The notes under the pieces: model-generated | Seen by the model: the letters and a program-made list of their open reading frames with translations, nothing else | Databases searched by the model: none | Told to the model about the DNA's origin: nothing | NCBI GenBank assembly: GCA_027314595.1 | Contig: DAHVAN010000335.1 | Location: forward strand, 19,422-83,421 | Direction of reading: 5' to 3' | Source of the DNA: Actinomycetota bacterium | GTDB lineage: Bacteria > Actinomycetota > Actinomycetes > Streptosporangiales > Streptosporangiaceae | DNA length: 64,000 nt | Position numbers and translations under genes: made by a program | Shown here: positions 9,078-18,674 of the stretch, piece by piece | How the letters are laid out: each line of letters opens with the position of its first letter | Numbering within the stretch: position 1 is the first letter of the stretch

Positions 9078-11353
9078 TGCGGCCCGACCGCGGCCTGGCT
9101 GGAACGAGCAGCCTGGAGACTCTGGTGTATGCGGGCAGTTACGGTTTAACGCCCGCTGATGGCCCGGCGCAGCCGACCGGGCCGGTCGGGAGCCAGCCGC
9201 GGGGCGTGGCGTGGCCGGTGCGGTCGGGCCTGATACCGCCGCTGGCGGACGGTTTCATCGCCCGGCCGGAGACGGTGCCCGGCCTGGAGGCCGCAGTGGT
9301 GCCCGGGGCCGCGGTAGCGCTGGTCCCCGGCCGCGCCGCCGAGAGCGCGCCAGACCGGGCGGGGCCGTCCGGCAAAACCCAGCTCGCAGTCGGCCTGGCC
9401 GAGTCGGTGTGGCAGTCCCGCACGGTCGACTTGCTGGCCTGGGTGACTGCCACCAGCCGGGCCTCGATCCTGTCCGGCTACGCGCAGGCCGCAGCGGAGC
9501 TGGGCCTGGATCACGGGCGTGATGCCGAGTCGGTGGCGGCCCGGTTCCTTTCCTGGCTGGACGGGGCCACCCGGCCGTGGCTGGTGGTGCTCGATGACCT
9601 GCGGGACGCGGCGGACCTGGAGGGCCTGTGGCCGGCCGGGCCGACCGGGCGGGTGCTGATCACCGCCGCGGACGCCGAAGCGGTGCCCGGCGAGCACGGG
9701 GTCCTGGTCCGTGCGGTGCCCGCGTTCAGCATCCGGGAGGCGCTGAACTACCTGTCCGGCCGACTGACAACCGACCCGGACCAGCGCGGTGGCGCGATCG
9801 ACCTGGCCGACGCGCTGGGCTGCGAGCCGGACGCCCTGGCCCAGGCGTCCGCAGTGATCATCAGCTCCGGCATCCGCTGCCGCGAGTACCGGGACTACAT
9901 CATCCGGCAGCAGGCGCAGCCCGCGGCAGGCGGCGGCGAGCCGCCCGCCGCGGGCGGGCTGACCTGGACGGTGTCGGCCCGTCATGCCGAGGAGCTAGCG
10001 CCTGGCATGCCGACCTGGCGGCTGCTGGTGCTCGCCGCGCTGCTAGACGGCCACGGCATCCCCGGCACCGTGCTCACCGCTCCGTCTGCCTGCCAGTACC
10101 TGGCCGGCGAGGACGCCGCGCGCCCGCCGGACCCGCAGCGGGCCTGGTCGGCGCTGCTGGCCCTGGAGCGGGTGGGGCTGGTAGCCGTCGATGCGGCCAG
10201 CGTCCCGCCGACGGTCTGGGTCAGTGCGGCGCTCCAGACCGCGGTTCGCGCGGTCGCGCCGCCGGAGCTGCTGGACCGGGCGGCCCGCGCGGCGGCTGAT
10301 GCACTGGTACAGGCGTGGCCCCAGCACCAGCCCCGGTCATGGCTGGCCGCTGCGCTGCGGTCGTGCGCGGTAAGCCTCCAGCGGGCCGCCGGGGACGCGC
10401 TGTGGGCCGATGACTGTCCTCCGCTGCTACTGGTCGCGGGGCAGAGCCTGGAGGCCGCCGGACAGGCCGGTCCCGCGCTGGCCTGGTGGCGGGAGCTAGC
10501 CGCGGACAGCCAGCGGCTCCTCGGCCCGGCCCACCCGGACACCCTGGCGGCAGGCGGACGGCTGGCTGCCGCGCTGCTGGCCGCCGGGCGGGCAGACCAG
10601 GCGGTGACCTGGTACGTGTGGCTGCACTCCAGCCGCGCCAGCATGCTCGGACCCGATCACCCCGCCACCATCGCGGCGCAGGTCAGCCTGGGCCGTGCGC
10701 TATCGGCCGCAGGACAGCCCGGTGAGGCGCTCGCTGCCGTGGAGGAGGCAGCGGCTCGCAGCGAGCGGGCCTGCGGGCCGGGCGATGCCGGCACGGTGGC
10801 CGCGCGGGAGGAGTACGCCGCCGCGTTGCTGGCCGCAGGCAAGACCGCCGAGGCGATCCGCCTGTACAAGCGGCTGCTCGCCGACCGCGAGCGGCTGCAC
10901 CGTCCCGGGCATCCCGGCACCGTGGCCGTCCGGCTGCGGCTGGCCGGGGCCTTGCTGGCCGCGGGCAAGGCCAAAGACGCCATCGCCCAGCACAAGACCG
11001 TGCTGGCCGACCGCGAGCAAGCGCTCGGCCCGGATCACCCGGACACGCTGGCGGCCCGCGCCGCCCTAGGCGCCGCGTGTGATGCCGCCGGGCAGATGGG
11101 GGCCGCGCTGCAGCTGTACCAGGAGGCGTGTGCCGGGTACGAGCGCGTCTTCGGCGACGGTCACCCCGGCACCTTGGCCTGCCGCGCGGATCTGGCTCGC
11201 GCTTATGCCGCCGCGGGCCAGGCCGGGGAGGCCGTGATGCTGCTCCGCGGCACCATCGCCCGCAGCGAGCAGGCCCTGTCCTCCGGCGATCCGCTGACCC
11301 GGTCCCTGCGGCAAGCGCTGGCCGAGATCACGGGGGAGATGACTGCCTGGTGA
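9074..11353 (+). CDS. NB-ARC-like NTPase with C-terminal TPR repeats
   Basis: 'GPSGKTQLA', 'WLVVLDDL', repeated 'LGPxHPxTL' TPR units. Confidence 0.82.
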   Translation: MMRPDRGLAGTSSLETLVYAGSYGLTPADGPAQPTGPVGSQPRGVAWPVRSGLIPPLADGFIARPETVPGLEAAVVPGAAVALVPGRAAESAPDRAGPSGKTQLAVGLAESVWQSRTVDLLAWVTATSRASILSGYAQAAAELGLDHGRDAESVAARFLSWLDGATRPWLVVLDDLRDAADLEGLWPAGPTGRVLITAADAEAVPGEHGVLVRAVPAFSIREALNYLSGRLTTDPDQRGGAIDLADALGCEPDALAQASAVIISSGIRCREYRDYIIRQQAQPAAGGGEPPAAGGLTWTVSARHAEELAPGMPTWRLLVLAALLDGHGIPGTVLTAPSACQYLAGEDAARPPDPQRAWSALLALERVGLVAVDAASVPPTVWVSAALQTAVRAVAPPELLDRAARAAADALVQAWPQHQPRSWLAAALRSCAVSLQRAAGDALWADDCPPLLLVAGQSLEAAGQAGPALAWWRELAADSQRLLGPAHPDTLAAGGRLAAALLAAGRADQAVTWYVWLHSSRASMLGPDHPATIAAQVSLGRALSAAGQPGEALAAVEEAAARSERACGPGDAGTVAAREEYAAALLAAGKTAEAIRLYKRLLADRERLHRPGHPGTVAVRLRLAGALLAAGKAKDAIAQHKTVLADREQALGPDHPDTLAARAALGAACDAAGQMGAALQLYQEACAGYERVFGDGHPGTLACRADLARAYAAAGQAGEAVMLLRGTIARSEQALSSGDPLTRSLRQALAEITGEMTAW

Positions 11354-11373
11354 CTGTCGTGGAAAGAAGGACG

Positions 11374-12897
11374 ATGACGGAATTCGACTACATCATCGTG
11401 GGGGCGGGCACGGCTGGCTGCGTGCTGGCCGCCCGGCTCAGCGAAGATCCCGCCGCCCGGGTGCTGCTGCTCGAAGCCGGCGGCGCGGAGCGGACCCGCG
11501 CCATGACCATGCCGGACGCCTGGCCCGACCTGCTGGGCAGCGCGGCGGACTGGGCTGATGTCACCAGCGCCCAGGCCGATGCCGGGCCGGTGCCCTACCC
11601 GCGGGGCCGAGCGCTGGGCGGGTCCGGCGCGATCAACGCCATGGCGCACATCCGCGGCCACCAGGCGGTCTACGACGGCTGGGCCGCGGCCGGGGCGCCC
11701 GGCTGGGGGTTCGCAGACCTGCTGCCGTACTTCCGGCGCAGCGAACACGCCGAGGGCCGCGACCCGTCGGTACGCGGCACGACGGGCCCGGTCCAGGTCG
11801 CCGCCGTCCCCGGACCGGACCGGCATCCTGTTGCGGTCGCGTTCGCCCAGGCGCTCCTCCAGATCGGCTGCCCGGCCAGCGATGACCTCAGCGGCTCCGG
11901 GCAGGACGGGGTGGCATGGGCCGACCTGGCCATTGCCGGCGGGCGGCGGGTCAGCCCGGCCGATGCCTACTTGGCTCCCGCGATGGGCCGCCCGAACCTG
12001 ACCGTCTCCCCCGGCTGTCTGGTCACCGGCCTGCAAGTACGGGATGACCGCTGCACGGGTGTCAGCTACCTGCGCGACGGGACGCTGGCCCAGGCCCGTG
12101 CGTCCGAGGAGGTGATCGTGTGCGCGGGTGCGGTCGGCTCGCCGCACCTACTCCTGCTGTCAGGGATCGGCCCGGCCAGGCAGCTCCGCGACCTGGGCAT
12201 CGACCTGGCCGCCGACCTACCCAGCGTCGGGCGCAACTTCCAGGACCACCCCGTCGTCCTGGCCTGCTACGCCACACCCGAGCCGCTGCCCCGCAGCCGG
12301 TACAACCACGGCGAGATGTACGCCGCGCTGCGCAGCCCGCTCGCCGGTGCCTGCCCGGACCTGCACCTGTTTCCCATCCTGCTGCCCGCCGCCCCGGCCG
12401 GGCGTCAGCCGCCCGACGCGGGTTACGCCTTGGCGGCCTCAGTAGTCGCCCCGGACAGCCGGGGCACGGTCCAGCTCGCCGCCGCCGACCCGCAGATGGC
12501 CCCGGTGATCAACCCTGGCTTCCTGCGCGACGGGCGGGACACCGACCGGCTCGAAGCCGGGCTCGTGCTGATCCGCCAGGCCACCGCATGCCTGGCGTTC
12601 TTCTCCCAGATCCGCGCGGCCGAGGCGCACCCCCGTCCCGACGTCACCACCGGCGCCAGGCTGCGCGCCTGGATCCGGGGCACGGTCGGCAGCTACTGGC
12701 ACCCGGCCGGCACCTGCCGCATGGGGCCAGACATCGACCCGGACGCGGTGGTCGACCCGCAGCTGCGGGTCCGCGGGATCACCGGGCTGCGGGTCGCCGA
12801 CGCCTCGGTGATGCCGGTGATCCCCAACGCCCCGCTGAACGCCACCGTGCTGGCCATCGCCGAGAAAGCCGCCAGCTTGATCACCGGCCGGGACTAA
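11374..12897 (+). CDS. GMC family FAD oxidoreductase (choline dehydrogenase-like)
   Basis: 'FDYIIVGAGTAGCVLAARLSED', 'GRALGGSGAIN', 'YWHPAGTCRMG', 'LRVADASVMP'; ATG 11374. Confidence 0.92.
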   Translation: MTEFDYIIVGAGTAGCVLAARLSEDPAARVLLLEAGGAERTRAMTMPDAWPDLLGSAADWADVTSAQADAGPVPYPRGRALGGSGAINAMAHIRGHQAVYDGWAAAGAPGWGFADLLPYFRRSEHAEGRDPSVRGTTGPVQVAAVPGPDRHPVAVAFAQALLQIGCPASDDLSGSGQDGVAWADLAIAGGRRVSPADAYLAPAMGRPNLTVSPGCLVTGLQVRDDRCTGVSYLRDGTLAQARASEEVIVCAGAVGSPHLLLLSGIGPARQLRDLGIDLAADLPSVGRNFQDHPVVLACYATPEPLPRSRYNHGEMYAALRSPLAGACPDLHLFPILLPAAPAGRQPPDAGYALAASVVAPDSRGTVQLAAADPQMAPVINPGFLRDGRDTDRLEAGLVLIRQATACLAFFSQIRAAEAHPRPDVTTGARLRAWIRGTVGSYWHPAGTCRMGPDIDPDAVVDPQLRVRGITGLRVADASVMPVIPNAPLNATVLAIAEKAASLITGRD

Positions 12898-12971
12898 CCC
12901 CGGGCCATCGGTCACGACCAGCATCCCCGACACCACCAGCAGGCATTTTCTCTCAGGAAGGGTGAGCACAG

Positions 12972-14381
12972 ATGGCTGTATCCGCGGCGCGGAACGAGCA
13001 GCTGCGCCGGTACGTGGAGAACCGGCACATCGACCACATCCCGGCTGGCGCGCGGCACGGCAAGCCGTGGCACCAGTTCGCGTTCTGGTTCGGCGGCAAC
13101 GTCAACGTCTTCAACGTCGTCCTGGGCGCGGTCACCGTCTCGATCGGGCTGACGTTCTGGTGGGCGCTGGTCGCCATCGGCGCCGGGACCTTGATCGGGG
13201 CGCTGCTGATCGCGCTGCACGCCACCCAGGGTCCCCGGCTGGGGGTGCCGCAGTCGATCCAGAGCAGGGGGCAGTTCGGGTTCTACGGGTCAGCGTTTAT
13301 GTTCCCCGCCGTGCTGCTGCTCAACGTCGGGTTCATCGCGGCCGAGCTGGTCATCCAGGCCCAGGCCATGAACGGCGTCACCGCCGCGCTGTCCATCCCG
13401 GCCTGGATCGTGATCCTGGCCGTCCCCTCGGTGGTGATCGGGGTCTTCGGGTACCGGTGGATCCACTGGGTGATGCAGGCCACCGCGATCGTGGTCGGCG
13501 TGGCGCTGGTCATCATGTTGGCCCAGGGCTTGCGGTACGGGGCGCTGCCCGCCCACGAGACCACCTGGGCCCGGCCGACCTTCGGCCTGTTCCTGGCCGG
13601 GGTGGCGCTGCTGGTCATCGACATGCTGTCGTTTGGCCCGTTCGTGTCCGATTACACCCGGTACCTGCCCGCGCAGACCAGCGGGCGGAGGCTGTTCTGG
13701 GGCATCTACGCCGGCAGCGTGCTGGCCACGTTCTTCTCCTGCGCGGTCGGCGCCTACCTGGGCGCGCTGCTGCCTTCGCTCGGGCCGGTCGCAGCGGTCG
13801 GCAAGGTGTCGGGGTCGTGGGCGCTGGTCATCATGGCGGTATCGCTGATAAACGCGAACACCTTCAATGCCTATACCGGCTCGTTCCAGGTGCTGGCGTT
13901 CGGGAGCATGTGGCGGCGGTTCAAGGCCGAGTCGGTGACGGTTCGGCTGGTGCCGTTCGTGTGCGTGATGGCGGCCGGGGTGGCCACCGCGTTCCTGGGG
14001 TACCGGTCGTTCGTCACCAACTTGACCAACTTCCTGGACGTGCTGCTGGTCATCTTCATCCCCTGGTCCGCGGTCAACCTGGCCGACTACTTCCTGGTCC
14101 GCCGCGGCCGCTACGACGTCGCCTCGTTCTTCACCGCCGACGGCGCCTACGGCCGGTTCGCCTGGCGCGGCCTGCTCGCCTACGCGGTAGGGCTGGCCGC
14201 CGAATGGCCGTTCGTCTCCCAGCCGGACTACACCGGCCCGCTGGTCAAGACCCTCCGCGGCGCCGACATCTCCTGGCTGGTCGGCTGGTTCGCCGCCGCC
14301 ATCGTCTACCTGCTCCTAGTCGCCCTGGTACCCGGCACCGCCGCCCGCCGTGGTCGGCCGATCGCCGCAGGTGTGAGATAG
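12972..14381 (+). CDS. NCS1 / purine-cytosine permease family transporter
   Basis: Multi-TM protein; 'IDHIP...RHG', 'GPRLGVPQSIQSRGQFG', 'SDYTRYLP'. Confidence 0.9.
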   Translation: MAVSAARNEQLRRYVENRHIDHIPAGARHGKPWHQFAFWFGGNVNVFNVVLGAVTVSIGLTFWWALVAIGAGTLIGALLIALHATQGPRLGVPQSIQSRGQFGFYGSAFMFPAVLLLNVGFIAAELVIQAQAMNGVTAALSIPAWIVILAVPSVVIGVFGYRWIHWVMQATAIVVGVALVIMLAQGLRYGALPAHETTWARPTFGLFLAGVALLVIDMLSFGPFVSDYTRYLPAQTSGRRLFWGIYAGSVLATFFSCAVGAYLGALLPSLGPVAAVGKVSGSWALVIMAVSLINANTFNAYTGSFQVLAFGSMWRRFKAESVTVRLVPFVCVMAAGVATAFLGYRSFVTNLTNFLDVLLVIFIPWSAVNLADYFLVRRGRYDVASFFTADGAYGRFAWRGLLAYAVGLAAEWPFVSQPDYTGPLVKTLRGADISWLVGWFAAAIVYLLLVALVPGTAARRGRPIAAGVR

Positions 14382-14815
14382 CCGACGGCCACGACGCTAC
14401 CCAGCTCCAGCGTTCCTGCGGCGTGCCCGCGATGCTCGCCTCGGGCATCAGCGGGAAGGATCAGTCGGCCCGCCGCCGCGTAAGCGGATCAGCGCTCTCA
14501 GCCGAGGCCCCGCCAGGCAGGAGGTACCCCGGCTCGCGGGCGGTTCGTTCCGCCCGGCACCCCGCCGACCGGGGAAGGGAGGCGCCCAGCGCCTCCTGCC
14601 GCCGCCAGCCGGAAGCGCGGGCTGCCCCCGGGCCCGCCTCCGGCTGGCGGTCAGGGGCAGCGGCGGGGGAACACCTCGGCCGCATCCTGCGTCGCCGCGC
14701 CAGCCGGTGACCGCGGGCCCGTCGGCGGCTGCGAACGCGCACAGACGGCGGCAGTCGCGGCAGCGACGCCGTGTGGTGCATCCGCACCCGGCGGTCTGCC
14801 GGAGGGGAATAACCG

Positions 14816-14932
14816 ATGAGGGCCGACGCGATCAGAGCGGTCGCCCTGGATTATCGCGGCTACGCGGTCACCTCCGGGTACGGCAGCCGTCCGAGGCCTG
14901 CCCGTGATCTCGCCGGGCTTGGCCGCCACTAA
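14816..14932 (+). pseudogene. Relic of a HAD N-terminus joined to an element left end
   Basis: MRADAIRAVALDYRGYAVTSG...; 14843-14873 matches 15268-15298 at 27/31 nt. Confidence 0.55.
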
Positions 14933-14942
14933 GGGAGGATCA

Positions 14943-15245
14943 ATGGTGGATATAGAGGTTCTTGCGCAGGTACTATCGGCGCTTCCGCACGATGACGGGG
15001 AACCCGGCCAGCGAGCATGGACGGCGCTAGCTGGCATGACCAGGCTGATATGCGGACGCTACTCAGCAGAGGGACGCGCCGTCGAGGTGGTCTGCGCCGC
15101 AAGCGAGCCAGATCGCGGGCTTCCAGCTGGCCTAGCCCGGCTCTTGATCCAGCGGGCGCACAGCGATACCCGGTTCGCCTCCGGGTTCATCCCGTGGCTC
15201 GCCGCTGCGCAGATGCTGTTGCCGGACGTCCCGGGTGAGGGGTGA
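14943..15245 (+). CDS. Hypothetical protein
   Basis: Strong AAGGGAGG RBS before ATG 14943; 100 aa. Confidence 0.6.
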   Translation: MVDIEVLAQVLSALPHDDGEPGQRAWTALAGMTRLICGRYSAEGRAVEVVCAASEPDRGLPAGLARLLIQRAHSDTRFASGFIPWLAAAQMLLPDVPGEG

Positions 15246-15252
15246 GGCCAGC

Positions 15253-15284
15253 ATGATCAAGGCTGTTGCCCTGGACTATGGCGG
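15253..15284 (+). pseudogene. 5' fragment of an interrupted HAD hydrolase (MIKAVALDYGG)
   Basis: HAD motif I; joins in frame to 27924-28371, giving a 159-aa HAD. Confidence 0.85.
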
Positions 15285-15321
15285 TTATGCGGTCACCTTT
15301 ACGGTGTCGCAGTTGTCGCTG
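15279..15321. repeat. Left end (attL) of the element: TGGCGG core, TTATG terminus, two TGTCGC(A/T)G boxes
   Basis: TGTCGCAG 15305-15312 and TGTCGCTG 15314-15321, mirrored in inverted form at the right end. Confidence 0.8.
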
Positions 15322-15417
15322 CGGATGGCTGTTTCGTCGATTTGCTCACCAGCAGCGTCGTCTTGGAACCTTGGCCGACTCGGCAAGGGGCTGAGCGGTT
15401 TCGAGGGGACGGGCGAC

Positions 15418-16857
15418 GTGCTGTTGTTCAAGACTGAACTGGTTCGGCTTGGCGAGGTGCCCGGCGTCGGCGGGGACGCTGCGGTGGTCCTGGCGCGGGC
15501 GGGGGTTGCGGAAGGGCAGGTGTTCGCGCTCGGGCCGGACGGCTCGTATGACGTGGAGCTGAACAGGTTCTTCCGGGAGCTGGACGGGTGGGGGGTGCGA
15601 TCGCCGAACAGCATCCGCGCTTACGCGCGTGACCTGGTGCTGTTCGGCCGGTTCCTGGCCGGGCGGCGGGGCGGGAAGAGCATCTGGGAGGCCGGGCAGG
15701 AGGACCTGCGGGCTTACCGGCGGGCGCGCCGGTCCGGGCCGGGCGCGGTGTCGGCGGGGACGTGGAACCGGTTCATCGCCGCGCTGGACAAGTGGGCCGA
15801 GTGGGCGGTCTACGAGAAGCTGATCGATACGGTGCCGTTTCGGTACGCGGATGTGACGGTGTGGACGCCGCGCGGTCCGGCGAAGGTGCTGGTGAACACC
15901 GAGCGGGATCCGGGCGAGGAGTCCGGGCCGGTGCGGTTCCTGCCGTATGAGGACTACCTGCGATGGCGGGATGTCGGCCTGCGCGGGCTGCTGCCGGACG
16001 GCAGCCCGGACCCGGCGTGGCGGGGGCGGCACGGGGAGCGGAACGCGGCGTTCGCCGACTTGATGGTCGGCACGGGGATGCGGCTGGGCGAGGCGTCCAG
16101 CCTGCTGGTCAGCGAACTGCCGCCACCGGGCGGGGGCCGCCGCACCGGGGAACTGCTGTTGCCGGCCTCGATCACCAAGCGGAACCGGGCCAGGAGCGTG
16201 TTCGTATCGCAGCGGGTGCTGCACCGGGTGCACCAGTACGTCGACATCGAGCGGGACGAGCTGGTCAGCCGGATGCACGCCGCCGGGACCTACGACCGGG
16301 CGGCTGGCCTGGTCCTGGTCGACGGCACCGGGCGGGCCGGGCTGCGGCTCACGGGCGGCAGCGGCGTCCGCGGCTACGCGCGGTTCGGGGTGGCCGAGCG
16401 GCTGCGGCTGGCCCGCGCCGGGGACGACGGCAAGCCGACGGCTCCGCTTTGGCTGTGGCTCGGCGAGGACGGGATGCCGCTGCGCCGCTCGACATGGCAG
16501 ACCGCGTTCAGGCGGGCCAACGAGCGGTGCGCCCGGCTCGGCGTCAACGTCGCCGCGACTCCCCACACACTGCGCCACATCTTCGCGGTGCACATGCTGG
16601 GCCTGCTGCTGCGGCAGACGGTGCAGGCGCTGCGCATGCGGCCGGGAGAAACGCTGACCAGCCAGCAGGTCAAGCGGCTGCTGGTCGGGGACCCGCTGCG
16701 CAAGCTGCAGCTCCTGCTAGGCCACCGGCAGATCGCCACCACTTTCACCTACCTCGATGTCCTAGACGAGGCGCAGGAGATCGTGCTGTCGGCGCTGCGC
16801 GAGTGGGACGAGGAAGCCGAGGCCCTGTCGCGCGTGGACGAGCAGGCGGCGGCGTGA
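15418..16857 (+). CDS. Tyrosine recombinase 1 (complete catalytic set)
   Basis: 'GTGMRLGE' (R), 'HTLRH', 'LLGH', 'TTFTY'; GTG 15418 after GAGGGG. Confidence 0.9.
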   Translation: MLLFKTELVRLGEVPGVGGDAAVVLARAGVAEGQVFALGPDGSYDVELNRFFRELDGWGVRSPNSIRAYARDLVLFGRFLAGRRGGKSIWEAGQEDLRAYRRARRSGPGAVSAGTWNRFIAALDKWAEWAVYEKLIDTVPFRYADVTVWTPRGPAKVLVNTERDPGEESGPVRFLPYEDYLRWRDVGLRGLLPDGSPDPAWRGRHGERNAAFADLMVGTGMRLGEASSLLVSELPPPGGGRRTGELLLPASITKRNRARSVFVSQRVLHRVHQYVDIERDELVSRMHAAGTYDRAAGLVLVDGTGRAGLRLTGGSGVRGYARFGVAERLRLARAGDDGKPTAPLWLWLGEDGMPLRRSTWQTAFRRANERCARLGVNVAATPHTLRHIFAVHMLGLLLRQTVQALRMRPGETLTSQQVKRLLVGDPLRKLQLLLGHRQIATTFTYLDVLDEAQEIVLSALREWDEEAEALSRVDEQAAA

Positions 16858-18674
16858 GCGGCCGTCGCGGCCGGCGGGCCGTCTTCGCCGCCGACGACCA
16901 GGCTGCCGAGCCCGATTCCGTGCCGAAGCTCGGGCCGGTCGTATTCACCGTCAGGTTCCGGGACGGGGAGCGCACCATTGACTGGTCTGCCCTTCCGTGC
17001 CCGAGGCTGGCCCGCCCGCTTGCCCAGGCGCTCATGGAGATGGGCGGCCAGGACGGGACCATCCGGTACTGGCCGTCCTTCCTCAGCGCCGCCGGCTTTG
17101 CCCGGGACTTCATCCAGATGGTCGCTGCAGACACGGCCGACCCGCGCGGCCTGGGCCTCAGTGACCTGACGGCCGCGCACGTGGACGCGTTCGAGGACAA
17201 GATGACAGCCCGCTATGCGGCGGGCGCCCACGCCCCTTACGTCGCGATGGGTTTCCTGGTGCGGACGCTGCGCCGCGCCCGCGAGAACGCGCCCGGCGAG
17301 CTCGGCCCCGGCCTCGCGGCGCGGATCGCCTACGCAAGCGGCAGGACCGGCAAGCCGCGCAGCACGCCGCTGGACGCCTACCCCCGGCCGGTGTTCGAGG
17401 CCATCACCGCCGCTGCCCTGTCGGACGTGCAGGCCATCGCATGCCGCATCACCAGCGGGGAGGAACTCGCGAGCCGCGGGCAGGACCCGGACCTGGCGGG
17501 TTGGCGGGACCCGGCCAACATCGCCTGGCACGTCGCCCGCTGCGGCCCGCTGACCAGCGCGCACCCGGAGACGCCCTCCGGCGGGTGGGCCTCAGTGGTA
17601 CGGGGAGGGTTGAGGGAGGTCAACCGGGCGCTTTACCTGATGCCCGATGACCTGGTGCCGTTCGTGGTCGCGGTGAGCTGCCTGACCGGGATGGAACCCG
17701 AGTGCGTCAAGGGGCTGCGGGCGGACTGCCTGGCCAGCCCGGCCCGCGGGTTCGTCAGCGTCCGCTACCTCAAGTGCCGCGCCCGGGGCCACGAGGACCA
17801 GTCGGTGCGGGTCAGCGACGGCGGTTCGCTGCGGCATCCCGGCGGGCTGATCAGGCTCGCGCTGCGGCTGACCCAGCGGGGCCGCGACCACATCGGCTGC
17901 ACCGCCCTGTGGGTCGACGCCGGCGATGGGACGCTGCGCGAGTCTTTCACCGCCGGCCACCGGGTGTGGCGGCACTTCCGCCCATGGATGAGCCGGCACG
18001 GCCTGGACCAGCTCACCGACCATGACGGCACTCCGGTCCGGCTGCACCTGGCCAGGCTGCGCAAGAGCTGGAAGTCGGCCCAGTACCTGCTGGCGGGCGG
18101 GATCATCGCCGACTTCTCCCAGGGCCACACCGCCGAGGTCGCCGCCGGGCACTACGCGGACATCGGCGCGCACCGCGACGTTCACGAGCAGGCCGTCGAG
18201 GAAGGGCTGCGGCAGGCCATGGCTATCGCGCTGCCGCCCCCGGTCGTCGTCGGCGACGACGGTGCCCGGCTCGACGACGGCGACCGTGACCTGCTGCCCG
18301 CCGAGGCTGAGGCCGCGCTCACGGGCAGCAGCGACGTGTTCCTCGCCTCCTGCCGCAACTTCCACGACACCCCGTTCGCCGCGAAGGGAAAGCCCTGCCC
18401 GGTGGCGATGTGGGGCTGCCTGGAATGCCCGAACGCCGTGTTCACCACCCGGCACCTGCCCCAGGTCCTGGCGTTCCTGTCGTTCACCGAGGAACAGCGG
18501 GAGGAATACCCCGCCGCGGAGTGGGAGCTGCGCTACGGGACGGCGCACCGGCGGATCACCGTCGGCATCCGCGACCGGTTCGCGCCCGCGCAGGTCGCCA
18601 CCGCGCAGGCCATCGCCGAGGGCGGCGGCGCCCGGCTGCTGCTCCCGCCGCAGTTCACCGGAGGCGCGCGATGA
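16854..18674 (+). CDS. Tyrosine-recombinase-fold protein 2 (degenerate active site, Cys-rich C-terminus)
   Basis: GTGA overlap; 'LTGMEPECV' (E at the R position), 'RLRKS', 'QGHT..VAAGHY', 'CPVAMWGCLECPNA'. Confidence 0.78.
   Translation: MSGRRGRRAVFAADDQAAEPDSVPKLGPVVFTVRFRDGERTIDWSALPCPRLARPLAQALMEMGGQDGTIRYWPSFLSAAGFARDFIQMVAADTADPRGLGLSDLTAAHVDAFEDKMTARYAAGAHAPYVAMGFLVRTLRRARENAPGELGPGLAARIAYASGRTGKPRSTPLDAYPRPVFEAITAAALSDVQAIACRITSGEELASRGQDPDLAGWRDPANIAWHVARCGPLTSAHPETPSGGWASVVRGGLREVNRALYLMPDDLVPFVVAVSCLTGMEPECVKGLRADCLASPARGFVSVRYLKCRARGHEDQSVRVSDGGSLRHPGGLIRLALRLTQRGRDHIGCTALWVDAGDGTLRESFTAGHRVWRHFRPWMSRHGLDQLTDHDGTPVRLHLARLRKSWKSAQYLLAGGIIADFSQGHTAEVAAGHYADIGAHRDVHEQAVEEGLRQAMAIALPPPVVVGDDGARLDDGDRDLLPAEAEAALTGSSDVFLASCRNFHDTPFAAKGKPCPVAMWGCLECPNAVFTTRHLPQVLAFLSFTEEQREEYPAAEWELRYGTAHRRITVGIRDRFAPAQVATAQAIAEGGGARLLLPPQFTGGAR

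Noticed and set aside
14382-14815. GC-rich intergenic stretch as ncRNA or CDS
   Set aside because: No recognisable RNA family, repeat or credible ORF.
15963-16853. N-terminal ~300 aa of the 903-aa ORF (likewise the extensions at 18410, 11128, 21027, 21386, 30366)
   Set aside because: Low-complexity alternative-frame read-through of upstream genes; better starts with RBS or stop/start overlaps exist downstream.
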